Below, in pieces: positions 12,305 to 24,617 of a stretch of 64,000 nt of DNA (positions are counted from its first letter, which is position 1; each line of letters begins with the position of its first letter). Source of the stretch: Raillietiella orientalis (taxonomy: Eukaryota). A program made the position numbers and the translations under genes. Where the stretch lies: NCBI GenBank assembly GCA_036172245.1, contig JAYWIR010000044.1:1612001-1676000 (forward strand), read 5' to 3'. The notes beneath the pieces are model-generated. The model was not told the DNA's origin, did not search any database, and worked only from the letters and a program-made list of their open reading frames with translations.

Positions 12305-14533
12305 TACACCTGCAGAGAAGAGATAAGAAAGGGAGTAGGAAAATTGGCAACCGCACATTGGGGCCGCCAGCCCTGCTGGGAAGGGACCCCCGGGCGGGGA
12401 AGGGTACCCTAGCGCTCGCAGTCGATCTTCATGAGGCGTTCGACTGTGTGGAAAAGAAACTCCTCTTGTAGCTCCTGCGAAGCATGGGCTTCCCATCCTA
12501 ATTCATTTCCTACCGGCGCTCTTGCTGACGGAACGCGATTATCTCAATCTGTTTCAGCAGTCAGAAGTTTTATGGCGTGCCGTTGCGGCGAATAAGGCAG
12601 GGTGATAGTCTCAGTTCCCAGCTTTTCAGCACCTACTTTGAGTTCGTGCTGAGAGCATATAGGGTGACTTTGGCACCCTTGCCTAGCTCGTGCCCCAGCA
12701 CGCTCTCATTTGCAGCGTATACCGACGATCTTTTGCTCTTGTTGCCGATTTCCACCCTGGAAAAGGCGTTCAGCAATTTCTTTGATCTTTTTAGCCGCGG
12801 GTCCGGACTACAGGTCAACAGGAGAAGTCGTCCGTGGTGCCAAGAGGTACAGCGTGGGCAAAACTGAAGGACTGGGTTCGTTTGGGTATCCCCATGGTTA
12901 AGTGCTTGGAGTACCTTGGTTTGCCATTGTGGGATTTTTCTGCGGCGGAAGCGTGGTCCAGCTGCCGCCGCAAAGTCGAGACGGTGGTCGGCCCGTTCCT
13001 GGAAGGCAAGTTTTACTTGCCGGAACTGGCCGTGATTTGGAACGCTTTCGCGGCCCCCATCCTTCGCCCCTTGCTTTTTGTTTGCACCGCCCACGTGGAA
13101 TGCCAGAAGCGGACAAACGACCTCCTTTGCATAGCCCTTTGGGCAAGGGGTGGCCCGAGCCCCATTGAAGAATTTGTGCGCTCCGCGTCGGGATGGCGGT
13201 GTCAGCCTTCTGACGCTGGAGCGCGTGGAGAATCAGCTGCGATGGCGCATCCTCGCCATCGCAGCGAAGCTATGGAGCACTTCTTGGTGCATTCCGGCCC
13301 GCCTCCTTACCAGCTGTGCGTCCCGGTGCGAGGGACTCGCGTCTATTCATCCGTGCTCCGGCGGGAAGATCCGAAGATGCGGCCTACTGCTCGGGCGCAT
13401 GGCCACCCTGGCAATGATGAACCGCTGGATGGTTTGCAGCCCTGACAACTCGTCCTCCTGGTTGGAGGAGAACATCGGCACCTGGGCTGTGATAAACAGG
13501 AGAAGCAACAAAACGTAGAATCGTCTCCGATTCGGCCCCTACGCCCGCTGCACGCCGCGGGATCTCCTGGAGAGTGCCGCTACAAGCACGTGAGCCGAAA
13601 CAACCTGCCTTGCTACGACGATGCCCTTCGTAAGGAGGGCGCTTCACAACAGCTGGACGCCAAGGAGGCAAGTCTCCTGCTGCATCGAGGGACGGGAGAA
13701 GAAAATGAGCGGGTGGACCAGGGGTCGACTGGCAGACGCCACCACCCCGAGCTTCCAGCCGCGTAAAATCTCTAGATGGGGCAAGCTGCTTGCCATCCCC
13801 AGGGTTGAGCTGAAGTGGCCCTCCGTAATGAAGGAGTCCAGGATCTTGCCCCTTAAGTGGCAAGAGTCGACATTGCTCCTGTTGCATTGGGGTCTACTTT
13901 GCAACGCGCGCCGCTTCCACTGGACGAGGGGAGCTGTGGATCCTGCGTGTGCCAGGTGCATGGAGCGGGAATAGCTCTCCCACCTTCTATTAAAATGGGA
14001 TGCCCTCCGACCACTTTGGGAACGGTTCGGGACGTCCCTCGGGCTCCCTGCGGGCAGTGCACCCAGAGACGTTTTCCACCTCCTCTTCGTGCGGGACTCC
14101 CTGCAGCCAGAAGCAGCTCTCGCAGCCCTGTGCTGCGTTCGAGGCATCGTCGCGGCTTGGAGCGATGCCAGCAGCGAAGATGAGGATTGGAACAAGAGCG
14201 ACGTCATCCAGGACGTTGTCAGCTTTTGCGGAGAGCTGCTCGAAGGCCCCATCTGGGAAGTATGCGGACAGAACTCGAGGGCTTCCTTCGACGGATGGGC
14301 CCTCCTCACAGCGTCCGGTGATGCTGAGCCTGCCCTCCAAACTCTTTTTGTTTGTTTATCTCTTTTATATTTCTTTTTATATTTCCCCTATCCCCTTTCG
14401 CTGTTGGAGAGTGCCACGCCGGTCCGCGTCCCGGTGTCCAGACAGCTCGCGTGTCTAAGACCGCAGTAGGGCCTTATACCAAGGATTATAAAGAGTTTTT
14501 TGAATAAACGAGCCGGGAGAACCCGGGTGGCAA
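12305..14533 (+). mobile_element. Family A LINE, 5'-truncated (RT to 3' end), decayed
   Basis: Matches 48808-51037; RQGDSLS, YTDD, EYLG, HWGLLCNARRFHWTRGAVDPACARC; ends ACCCGGGTGGCAA. Confidence 0.9.
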
Positions 14534-17147
14534 CGCCAACCTCGGCAGGAAGGTGGTTCATAGGGAACTCGTCGCAAAACTCCCAGAACTTGCGCTTGAA
14601 ATGGTCCCAGTCCTAAAGCGTCTGCAAGATGAAACCTCTAAAGAACCCGAAGAGATGCTCCGCGGCTTCCGGAAGTTCCATTTGGTTCCCCGGTAAGCGA
14701 CACGCAGATGACGGCGGACCCCTATCGCGTGGGCGCACCTCGAGTACGATCCGGTCGTGGTCCGACAGTTCCGACATTAAATTGCCGCGCCTGCCTACGC
14801 GTAAGCATAGGTGCTGGTCAAGAAACACGTCATCTATGCTGTCGGCCATTTCCGTATCTCCCGCGAACAATTTGCGCGTGTGCATCTCTGAGCACAGCTC
14901 GTTCACGCTGCCCCGAAGTGTGTCGGACGCACCTGACAGCAGGCGCAGGTTAAAGTCACCTGCGATTAGGTGCGCTTTGCGCACTCCCGCTTCATCCAGA
15001 TATTCGCGCCTAAGAGTAAGGAAGAAATCGCTCCTTGCCTTTGCCTTTAGCGCGTCGCTGCCGCTTGGGGCGAACACGTTGGTAATGGCAGATCGATGGA
15101 GTTCGACCACCTGATGGTCAACTGACCGACGCGACCGGCACTATCGAACCGTACGCCCTTTGCCGCGACCTCGACAGCTGGCCGAAGCAGAAACGCGACA
15201 CCGCAAGACTCAACGGTGCCGCAACGTTACATCAGCCGTCCACCCGATATACGCTCGATCTCCGTTGCTTGGTCTGCGGAGATCACGTGGATCTCTTGCA
15301 GAAGCACCAGGTCGAAAGATGCCAGGGTGGTGGCCACGTCTGGTCTCTTGCCGTAATCGCTTAGCCCGCTGACGTTACAACAGGCAATTCGCAGACGGCG
15401 GCAAGAGGCGATTCCCGACATTAACGCTGAGAACCTGGCGTTGCTGCACCTGTCAACGGACAGGTGGGAGGGACGAGTAACGGGACCGCGACCATCTCAG
15501 ACACTTGAATCACTTGGGCCACAGACTCTACCCTTTCCCTCCCTCCGGAGTCGCAGCGTGGGGTTACCTCTCGAGGAGAGTCCCCGGAGTTTCCCACTTT
15601 CTTCGCACGCTCGCTTCCCTCAATTATTTCTCCCATTTCCACGGACGGGATAATTTTGCGGGTAGCCATCTTCGTACGATTGGCCTTCGGGAGGGAGGCC
15701 GCGATGCCGCAGGCTGTGTATTCCGCCTCTGCGTCAGAGTTCTTAATCTCCGACTTCTTGATCGAGGTCGTACGCCTTGATGCCTTTTTCGCGTATTTGA
15801 GGGGACGCTGAAAGGACGCAGCGAGTTCCTCCGCCGCTCGCTCAAATGCGACGTCCTCGAGCATGCGTTCGACGACGGACGCCACCGCGGTGGCGATATC
15901 CTCCGGCATTAATTTGTCAAAGGGCAGAGAGTCGGCAGCGAAGAGTGCAATTTTGCCGCTCTGTTCGACAGAAGGAGTGCGCTTGATGACGACGTGGCAT
16001 TGTTTAATTTTTTCGCGACACGGCAAATTCTTGCTGCCTTTTGCGACGTTCTTTTGGTTTTAAACCTTGAGGTTTTTCTGCTTCTTCGATTGTACTACCT
16101 GCCATCCAGTTTCCTCGCCGTTTCCTAGACCTTGTCCGCATTTTCCGGGATCTCAAAGCTGGCCTTCACCTGGTGCACAATGGCTTCTTTTTAGCAACGT
16201 CTCGCTCGCGCACTGCCACAACTCTTTTTTTTTTGGCCGCTCGCTTCTTCGCATTCCGTGCGTACGCGAAGCGGACTACATTTTGCGGGCACACCGGAAG
16301 ACTGCGCCCGGGATGCTTGCATTGCTTGCACTGCAAGTAGGGGCACCTTTTTTTCAGGTGACCTGAAGTGCTGCTATGCCCGCAGAAATGCGGCTCACCG
16401 ACAAACCAGATGTCAACGGGTTCGCCGTTGACCTCCAGCTTGTTTGGTAGGGAGCAACCCTCGCGGACCGTGATGTGCGCGGAAGCCATACCGCAATTCA
16501 GGAGATCGTACTCCCAAAACGGAGTCGGCCTTTTCCACAACGCGTGGACAGTTCGAAATTTAAATAGTTCCTTTCGGACAGCCTCTTCGGCCATCCGGAA
16601 GGTGATTCCGAGGAGGTGGATCACGATAGATCTATCCTCCGTGATGAGAAGGAGCCGACGATCCCCTAAAGTTACAGGTGTACGGAGGAGACGCTGGGCA
16701 AGACTTACTTCTTTGCAAATCACCTTAACATACTGTCCACCACTTCTGATGGTCATCGCCTAGAGCTCCTCCTGGGGTACTTTGAGGGAGTGCATCGCTT
16801 TCGAGAAAGCGCGTGCACTCTGAAAGGAGTAAAGGTCGCCTACATTGTAGAGTAGAGGGGGATTGTACCCCTCCTCCAGGTAGGCTTTGAACTCAGCCGC
16901 AGCCGCATGGGTTGGCGCCGCAGCCACGGAACTCCAGCTTCTTCCTTGCGAGGGAGTCGCTTCTGTGGTAGCGGTTGCCCTCACATCCTTTAATTCAGAC
17001 GGCGACATAGACGTCGTTCTCTCCTTAACATTTTTGGTGGTCTCAGGCGTTGCTACCTAACCACCAACGAATCCACTGGCACACCAAAAAATAAAGAAAA
17101 AAATAAAACCACAAACGCTCAAGAGCGAAACAAAAACCCGTCCGCTC
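14534..17147 (-). mobile_element. Family I LINE, 5' half (5'UTR, ORF1 17008-15421, APE 15421-14534)
   Basis: 5' motif GAGCGGACGGGTTTTTGTTTCGCTC; CGHSSTSGHLKKRC; TAATG stop/start at 15421; LQEIH, GDFN, SDH. Confidence 0.88.
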
Positions 17148-17154
17148 TTGCTCG

Positions 17155-20100
17155 TTTTTCACCCGATTGCGCTAGGGCGTTTATTCTTTGGAATAAAATG
17201 AACGTTGGTGGCCGACCAGGTGGTCCGGCCACGCACTGGTATACAAAATTAAGCCTGCCAAGTCACTGGTTCGTATTGCGGCACGGTCCACCACGACAGA
17301 TGAAAGGCCAAGGACAAAACAAAAAATAAAACAAAAAAAACAAATGTATAAAATCAAAATCTGAAGGACACGGGAAGGGATCACAGTCTGCTGTAAGGCC
17401 GTTACATCCTTTGCAGGATACCGGCAAGCTGTTTTTGGATGTTTGAATCAAGATGGATCCATCCTGTCGCCGTCCGCATAAATTCGGCTGCGCACTGGAC
17501 GGCACCCTTATCGCGAGGTACTACCGTTGCTTTCCTCCATGCTGCGACGATCCCGGGAAAGCAGCACAGAGCTGCTAACGAGGCCGAAGGCCGAAGGGAG
17601 TCGCCAACGAAGAGGGATCCAATTGCGTCTCTCGGGTTGCCACAGGGGTTAACGATTGCCGCGGCAAAACGGTACCAGAGGGGCCAAAGAGCCACACAAT
17701 CCAAAAAGAGGTGAGTGAGCGACTCCCGCTTTCTACACCTCGCACAATTAGGGCTCACCATTCCCCTGGTCCAATGGTGTCGGCGGGCGCTGCAGGGGAG
17801 TCCCCAATGCAGCAGCAATAGCGCCGACTCCTGCCATTTTTAGGGGAGGGTAAAGGTGTTCATGAGCACCGGAAGCAACTTTAATTGTTCCCGCGGAACA
17901 TTTAGCAGATCGCCCCAGCGCAAAAGTTTAAAAGGGTTGGTAATCCGAACCGCAGTATCGCAGAGAATTCACGTTTTCCATTTCCCGATGTTTTTCTCCG
18001 TATCGGAGATTTTTACTTAGACATCCTATTTCGCAGCAGTGTTTCCGTTTGAATGTTCCGCGAGCGGAAACAGCATTGCAGCGAGAAGAGTTTTTCTTGC
18101 CCACTCTCGTTTTTGGGTGTTCTCTAGGACCTCCCGGAGCGTCAGGCAGTCATAACGGCCGAAGAATTGTCTCTGCCCTTCTTGGGTGCGTTGCTGCTTG
18201 CTCCTTGGCCACTTCTGAACCGTTTCCTGCAGCCATGCAGGTCCGTTTACGGGACGACAGCAGAGCCATCCTGCGTTCTTCCACATCAGGTCAGCGACTC
18301 TTCGTAGGTGCAACCCGCAGTGACCGACTTGGCGGCGTTGACGGAGGGCAAGGAAGGATGACAGTCCCACCTTGCCTGTAGCCTGTTCGACGAGGAGACG
18401 TGCGGGCTCGCAGCAACTGCTACTCCAATATTTCGCCACTAGGGCGAGTAACCGAAACTAGAGCTAAAGCTCAAGCCGCTCTAGCGTCAGGAATCCGAGA
18501 CCGCCGTCCCGCCGCGGAGCGCTCAAGTCCTCAAGCCGGAATCGGGCCTTCCCATTACGCCACAGGGCAATCCTTAGGTGGTCCTTCGTCCGCTTTTTAG
18601 TCTCTGTGGTAAGGGGACAAACAAAAAGCAGGGAACCGAGGAGGGGCGCCGCAAATGCGTTCCACACCGCGGCCCGTTCCGGCAGGAAAAACCTGCGGCC
18701 TTCGAACGGGCCGATCGCCGTCTCTACCTTTTGAAGGCAGCTGGACCACGCATCCACAAGGAGATAATCACCCATCGGTACACCGAGGTACTTGAAGTAC
18801 CGTACCGTGGGGATCCCCAAACGGTCCTAGTCCGGCTGCCCGGCGCACGCTGCATTCATTGGCATGACGGAAGACTTCGACCTGTTCACCTCAAGCTCGG
18901 TTCCCCGACTTAGCAGGTCGAAGAACAACTCGACCGCCGATTCCGGGGTGGACATAGGGAGCAGCAGCAGTAGGTCCTGCGCATATGCTGATACCGTGGG
19001 CGTACCGGGATAGTCGCGCGGCAGATGCGCTAGAGTTTCCCTGTACGCTCGCAGTACCAACTCGAGGTAGGCACTGAAGAGCAAGGGACTCATGCTGTCT
19101 CCCTGCCTTATGCCGCGTCGCACAGATACGCCGTGCATGGTGTGTCTAGTAAAAATGATCTGAATGAGCGCGTCGCGCCAGCAGGATGTCAGGTAGGTCA
19201 GCAAAGAGACCGGGAAGCCCAAGCGTTCCAGGAGCCCCAGTAGGAGCCTCTGGTCGACACAGTCGAATGCTTTATGCAAATCCACTGCGACTACGAGGGC
19301 TCCCTTCCCTTCCCAACCATCTTGTTTCCTAGTGGTGGACCTTCCGGAAGTCCGGTTGCCCATCCTAACCCTTTCCTGTTGGAGCGCGAGAAAGGTGCTG
19401 GCGAGGAACAGCTTGGCATTCATGCTCCTCACGGGAACAGCATATATCTGCTCCGGGCTAATGAAACTTTCTGCAAACCGCCCCAGGCGTTTAGCCTACA
19501 ATTTCGCCAGAAAGTTGGCGTTTGCGTTTATCACGGTAATCGGCCGCCAGTTTGTCATACTCCGAAGGTTTCCTCCCTTAGGGAGGAGACGCACCATTGC
19601 CGAACGAAACGAGGCAAGGACGTAGCCCGTTTCGCGGATCACCAAGGTGAGTTTCTTCACCAGAGGAGTGAGCTCTGCCGAAAAACATTGAAAAAATTAC
19701 GCTGGCAGGCCTTCCTTTCCTGGAGCCTTCCGCCTCTGCAGCTTTCCGATGTACGAGATGATTTCGCCCATCGTGAAAGGCTCGTCGAGGGTCTTTCTAT
19801 CTTCCTCTCCGATCGCCCGAGCGCCTTCCGGAAGAAGAAGTCGCGAGGCATCCCGTTTCGCTGGTGAGCGCCCGTACAGGGAGGCGTAGAATTTTTTCAA
19901 TAAGCCTTTCACCTGGGCGGGGGCCGAGTTCTCCGAGCCCTGGTCGTGCAGTAAGCTGGCCAACTAGGATTGCCACGCCTGCCTCTCGGCTCCTGCACGG
20001 TATTCGGCTAGCCTGCGTACTTCTGGTGTTCCCGCGTAACATAGAGCTTGTAAATACCATCTCTCGTTACGCACGCTTTCAACAAACCCGGCAGGCAGGA

Positions 20101-20690
20101 GGTTCATAGGGAACTCGTCGCAAAAATCCTGCACCGAGCGCTCGAAGCAGTGCCAGTCCTGAAGCGTCTGCAAGCTAAAACATCGTATGAATCCGCGGAG
20201 ATGCTCTGCGGCTTCCGGCAATTTGAGCCAATCCCCCGGTAAGCGCCACGCAGATGATGGGGGAATCCTATCGCGTAGGCGCACCTCGAGTACGATCTGC
20301 TCATGGTCCGTCAGTTCCGACAGTAACTTGCCGCGCCTGCCCACGCGTAAGCATAGGTGCTGGTCAAGAAACACGTGATCTATGCTGTCGGCCATTTCCG
20401 GATCTCACGCGAACAAGTTGCGCGTGTGCATCTCAGCGCACAGCTCGTTAACGCGGTCCCGAAGTGTGTCGGACGCACCTGACAGCAGGCTCAGGTTAAA
20501 GTCACCTGCGATTACGTGCGCTTTGCGCACCCCCGTTCCGTCCAGATATTCGCGCCTCAGGGTAACGAAGTAATGTCTCCTTGCCTTTGCCCTTGGCGCG
20601 TCGCTGCCGCTTGTGGCGTACACGTTGGTAATGTCAACAACGATGGAGTCGGACCGCCTGATAATCAACTACCCGACGCGACCGGGAGGG
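17155..20690 (-). mobile_element. LINE (C/I-like), mid-APE to 3' end, decayed
   Basis: GDFN and SIDHVF (19964-20668), KAPG, DLHKAFD, RQGDSMSP, KYLG, NCARCRKRESLTHLFLDC; terminal motif at 17185-17155. Confidence 0.9.
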
Positions 20691-20699
20691 AAACAAACG

Positions 20700-21404
20700 A
20701 AAAAAGGCTGTCAGAGGAGGGGAGATATTGAAGAATTCTTGATTGATCAAGGCCCAATCCAGCAAGTAGCACTTGCCTTTGATTTTCTAAGGCATTCGGA
20801 CATGCTTCAGCAGTACAAAAGTCACCCGCTGGTACGCCAAGGTACTTAAAGTATCAGCCCGTGGGAAACCTCAAGCAGATCCAGTCCACTTGCTATTCCA
20901 AGGACGCTCCAACCGGCACGACCGTGGACTTCGTCCTGCTGACGTCCAAGCCTGCTTTCCGGAGTATGAGCTCAAAGAATTCATCGATCTCCACCACCGG
21001 GGTGCATCTGGGCAATAGGAGAAGCAGGTCATCTGCGTAGACCGTCCCGCCGTCGTACATGGGCAGGACGTCAGGAAGTCTTAGAAGTAATGACAGGCAG
21101 AACAACTTGGTTCAGTCTGCCTTGAAACACATGCCACTGCCGGCCTGCAGGCCGGTGAGGCCCTCTTTGTAGTCGATGGTGAAGAGAAAACCACAAACAA
21201 AAAAACCACAAAATATACAAAAACAACAGGCGAGGAAAATGTTTTTCGGGGACGGGAAATAAGGAAAGGGATCTCTGTTCTCTCCGAGTAGTCCTCTGCA
21301 TCCCGTCAAGGATGCGGACGAGTGCTGGTCGTAAAGACCCTAGCCAGCGCCATCGAGAGGCCTTCTCCATGGAGATGGCCGACCAGTGAATGGCATTCCG
21401 GCCG
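20700..21404 (-). mobile_element. Two short decayed LINE fragments (RT YADD region ~20700-21060; ORF2 end and partial 3'UTR ~21080-21404)
   Basis: YADDLLLLLP...YFKYLGVP; SRWRWLGSLRPALVRILDGM followed by a T-rich tract. Confidence 0.7.
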
Positions 21405-22003
21405 TTTCCCACCCGGGTGCGCTGGGGCGTTTATTTCTAAACCATACGGGAACAGGGTTCGTCACGGACAAAGGACACAAGAAAAAGAATTGAGGGATTC
21501 TTGACACGCAGGTCGGTAAACCGAAAGTCTAAAACGGGAGAGAGGGGACCACAAACACACATGCAAAATACATAAATAAAGATATGGGAAGGGTAGGGGA
21601 CAGGGGTCTTTGGTTCCGGCCGTTCCTTTCCTTCAGAACCGGCGGTGGATGCCCGAGATCTCGCTCCTCACGTCTTTCCGAAGATGGGCCCAATCGGCAG
21701 CCGACATCATGTTCTCGTCGGCTATTCCGGTGGCCTGACGTCCAATGGCCTGCTTCTTCAGCTCTGGGTGGAATTTGTTAATGGCGCGCCTCCTACAGAC
21801 CGTTGCAATAAAAGCACCTGAGAACAGGCCTGCTAATGTGAAGAAGCGCCTCATCAAGTCCCTTGCGATACCCCCTGAAAGCAGGAGAGCTGATGCCAGG
21901 CTCCGCCACACTCCTTGAAGGACAATGCAGTCCAAGAGCAGGTGTGGGAGCGTCTCCACTTCCCCGCACCGTTTACAGTTCGGAGACACAACTCCCCGCG
22001 TCC
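21405..22003 (-). mobile_element. LINE 3' fragment (CCHC finger and 3'UTR)
   Basis: TRGVVSPNCKRCGEVETLPHLLLDC; AATAAACGCCCCAGCGCACCCGGGTG at 21435-21410. Confidence 0.88.
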
Positions 22004-23939
22004 TTCTAGGGAGCGGACGTGGTTTGGCATCGCTCCGCGTACTGGTTGGTGGGAAACTTTTTGTTGGTTTTGTCTGGTGTGTGGGAGCTCCGGTGTCCAA
22101 TGGCAGAAATGTCTGAGGACACCGCGATGGAAATTGGGGGGAGAGAGACGACTTGCTCTTCTCCACCCATGGAAGTGGGGGCACCCGCCCCCACAGAATC
22201 CGAAGCACTTACCACATCGAAATCTGGGACAACCGCCCCTTCGCGACCCTCTTCGCCAGTGGCGAAGAGTTGGAGTGCTGTCGTTGCTGCACCATCCCCG
22301 GCTGCAGTTGCGGAGCAGAATGCCTACAAAAACAGCGGCTACAAACCGTCGCTGATCTATAAGGTAGGCAGTGTATTTGACGAAAAGATTGCACACTCCT
22401 TCGAAATAGAGCTGCAACGGCTGAATGTGAGGGAGGAAAACGTTGAGGGCCTCTCCGTCCTCAGTGCGGGACAGCGAGTCGAGCTGACCTGCAGAGATGC
22501 AAGTCTGGCGCAACGCCCGCTGAACACCCCTATTACGGTGACGGCCGCAGGATCTTCTCTGTGACGGAGGACCGCTCCGTCGTGGTCCACCTCACAGGCG
22601 TGACACTACGGAAGGGCAAAACCGGTGTCCATGAGGAGTTGGCGAAACATGGTAATGTGCACGCGTATTGGGCCAAACCCAAAGTCTTCCGAGCGTACGG
22701 AAGGCTATTCAGTGGGATGGCCGCAGCCCGCGTCACCCTACCAGAGAATGGTGGGCTTCCCCACAAACTGAATATCGGCGAAGAAAAAGTCGATGTTTGG
22801 TACCTGGGTAAGCCCAAGTATTGTAGCCATTGCGATGCTACAGGGCATCTAAAAAAGCGGTGCCGTAACATCCAGTGCCACTTAGGTGGAAATAAGGACC
22901 ACATCCGTAAGGTGTGCCCAAGAAGAGAAATCCCGCCCCCATCCGCTGCAAAAAAGGCAAAGGGGAAACGCACGGGAGAGACGCATAAACAGAAACGGGC
23001 TGTAAACACCCAGATGCCAGTCCCTAAGCCCTCACAGCAAACATCGGTTGAGAACACTCCCGACGACGCTGGTGACGGCGAAGGCTGGCAGACGGTACAG
23101 CCACGAAGAAAACCCGGGAGTCCCGAACGAAACGCGGTGAAAACAAAAACGCAGCGCGAAAAACCGTGCCGCGAAAAGCTCCGCGCATGTTCGGTAAAAT
23201 TAGAACGTGTGGAGGCACCCGATGCCGCCACCGGGGGAGCAATCCCCCCCTCGCGTCCGCCGAAGTTGCGACAGTCGATGGTGAACCCTCTGGCGAAACA
23301 GAGGGGCAAACGCGCGCCGCGCTCGACGCGATCGAGGAGGCCGCCTTCAGGCAGCCGGTGATAGAACTCACGGCTGAATTGCAAGGCCGTGAAAAGAACT
23401 CGCGAAAAGCCTTGCGAAGGCCGGCCGCGAGGAAGGCTCCGGAGGCAGGTGAGGCCGATCAGGACGTCGAAAGTGTGTCCTCTTCAGCGGAGGAGCCACC
23501 AAAGAAGACGGGACGGAAGTCTCAGAATCCCAGGAGGCGCATCCGGATCAATGAGGAGGCGGATGAATCGGCCCCCGAGGGGGAAGCCGGCAGCGTGGGA
23601 GGCGACGGTGGGAATCTCTCATTCCCCGACACCGTGCCGCTGGCGACCCCCATGTAGGAAGAAGTGCAGGTGAATGAACCCCCCCTTCCTCTGCACGGCA
23701 CTGCCGACGATTTGGCCCTCATGGAGGAGGAAGAAGCGGTGCGCGACGCACCCCCTCCGCCTAGCGTTCAGCTCGACCAGGTGGTGGGAGCCCCATTGAC
23801 AGTTTCCCAGGGTTAGCACCTGGGTTCGCCTGTCGCCGTCGGATCCGCGTAGCCTGCTGGAACGTCAACGTGCTGCGCGACGACGGCAACAGGCGGGATT
23901 CGGCCGACACCCTGCGTGACTTCGAATTGGTGCTCCCAG
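22004..23939 (+). mobile_element. Family F LINE, 5'UTR, ORF1 (22100-23816, broken) and start of APE
   Basis: Close copy of 3930-5851 (-); CSHCDATGHLKKRC; RRRIRVACWNVN. Confidence 0.9.
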
Positions 23940-24612
23940 TTTGTGGGGAATCCCAATGTCCTTGGCTACCGTGATGCGCGCCGCGGCGAGTCCGCTTAGA
24001 AGTCCGTGGTAGGTACGGAATCTGTTGGGCTTCACCCACATTGCATGCACGGTGCCGAATTTATTCAGTTTAGCCCTGACGGCGCTCGGCGGCATCCTCA
24101 GGGTGATTCCGCTAAGGCGGACAACTATCCAGTTGTCCACTGGAACGGGGAAGAGCTAGCGGCCCTCGATCCTGACGGGGTTCGCAGCAGTGTTTGCGCC
24201 AACCCTGCTTCTTTGCAGGTCAGCTCGACATGCTGCCCCCGCTGCGGATGGATAGTCCCAACAGATCCACCTTGTTCACATTCATTCGGTGGAGATCCTG
24301 CTCGAAGGAGCGCGCCACACGGTCATCAAACAAATGGCCTACCTTGTACAGCATGCTGGGATTGTAATTGTAGGCCTGAGCCTCGGCCATGGAGCGACGA
24401 CCACGGCGCTGTAGTCCCTCGCTAGCGCGGGGGACGATGCTTCGGGGTTGATACCACCAACTCCATGGGGACGAGGGACGTTCGACCGTCGACTCCTCCA
24501 CATTTTCTAGTGGCGGGATCAGGTATTTCTGCCTTCCTTCGACCACTAAAACACCGCACTACACCAAGAAAAACGAGCGAGTCAGGAGCGCGCAAAAAAA
24601 CCGTCCGACCAT
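23940..24612 (-). mobile_element. Family G LINE, 5'UTR and start of ORF1
   Basis: 5' motif GGTCGGACGGTTTTTTTGCGCGCTCC; YNPSMLYKVG; IVVRLSGITLRM...KFGTVHAMW. Confidence 0.8.
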
Positions 24613-24617
24613 CGGCA

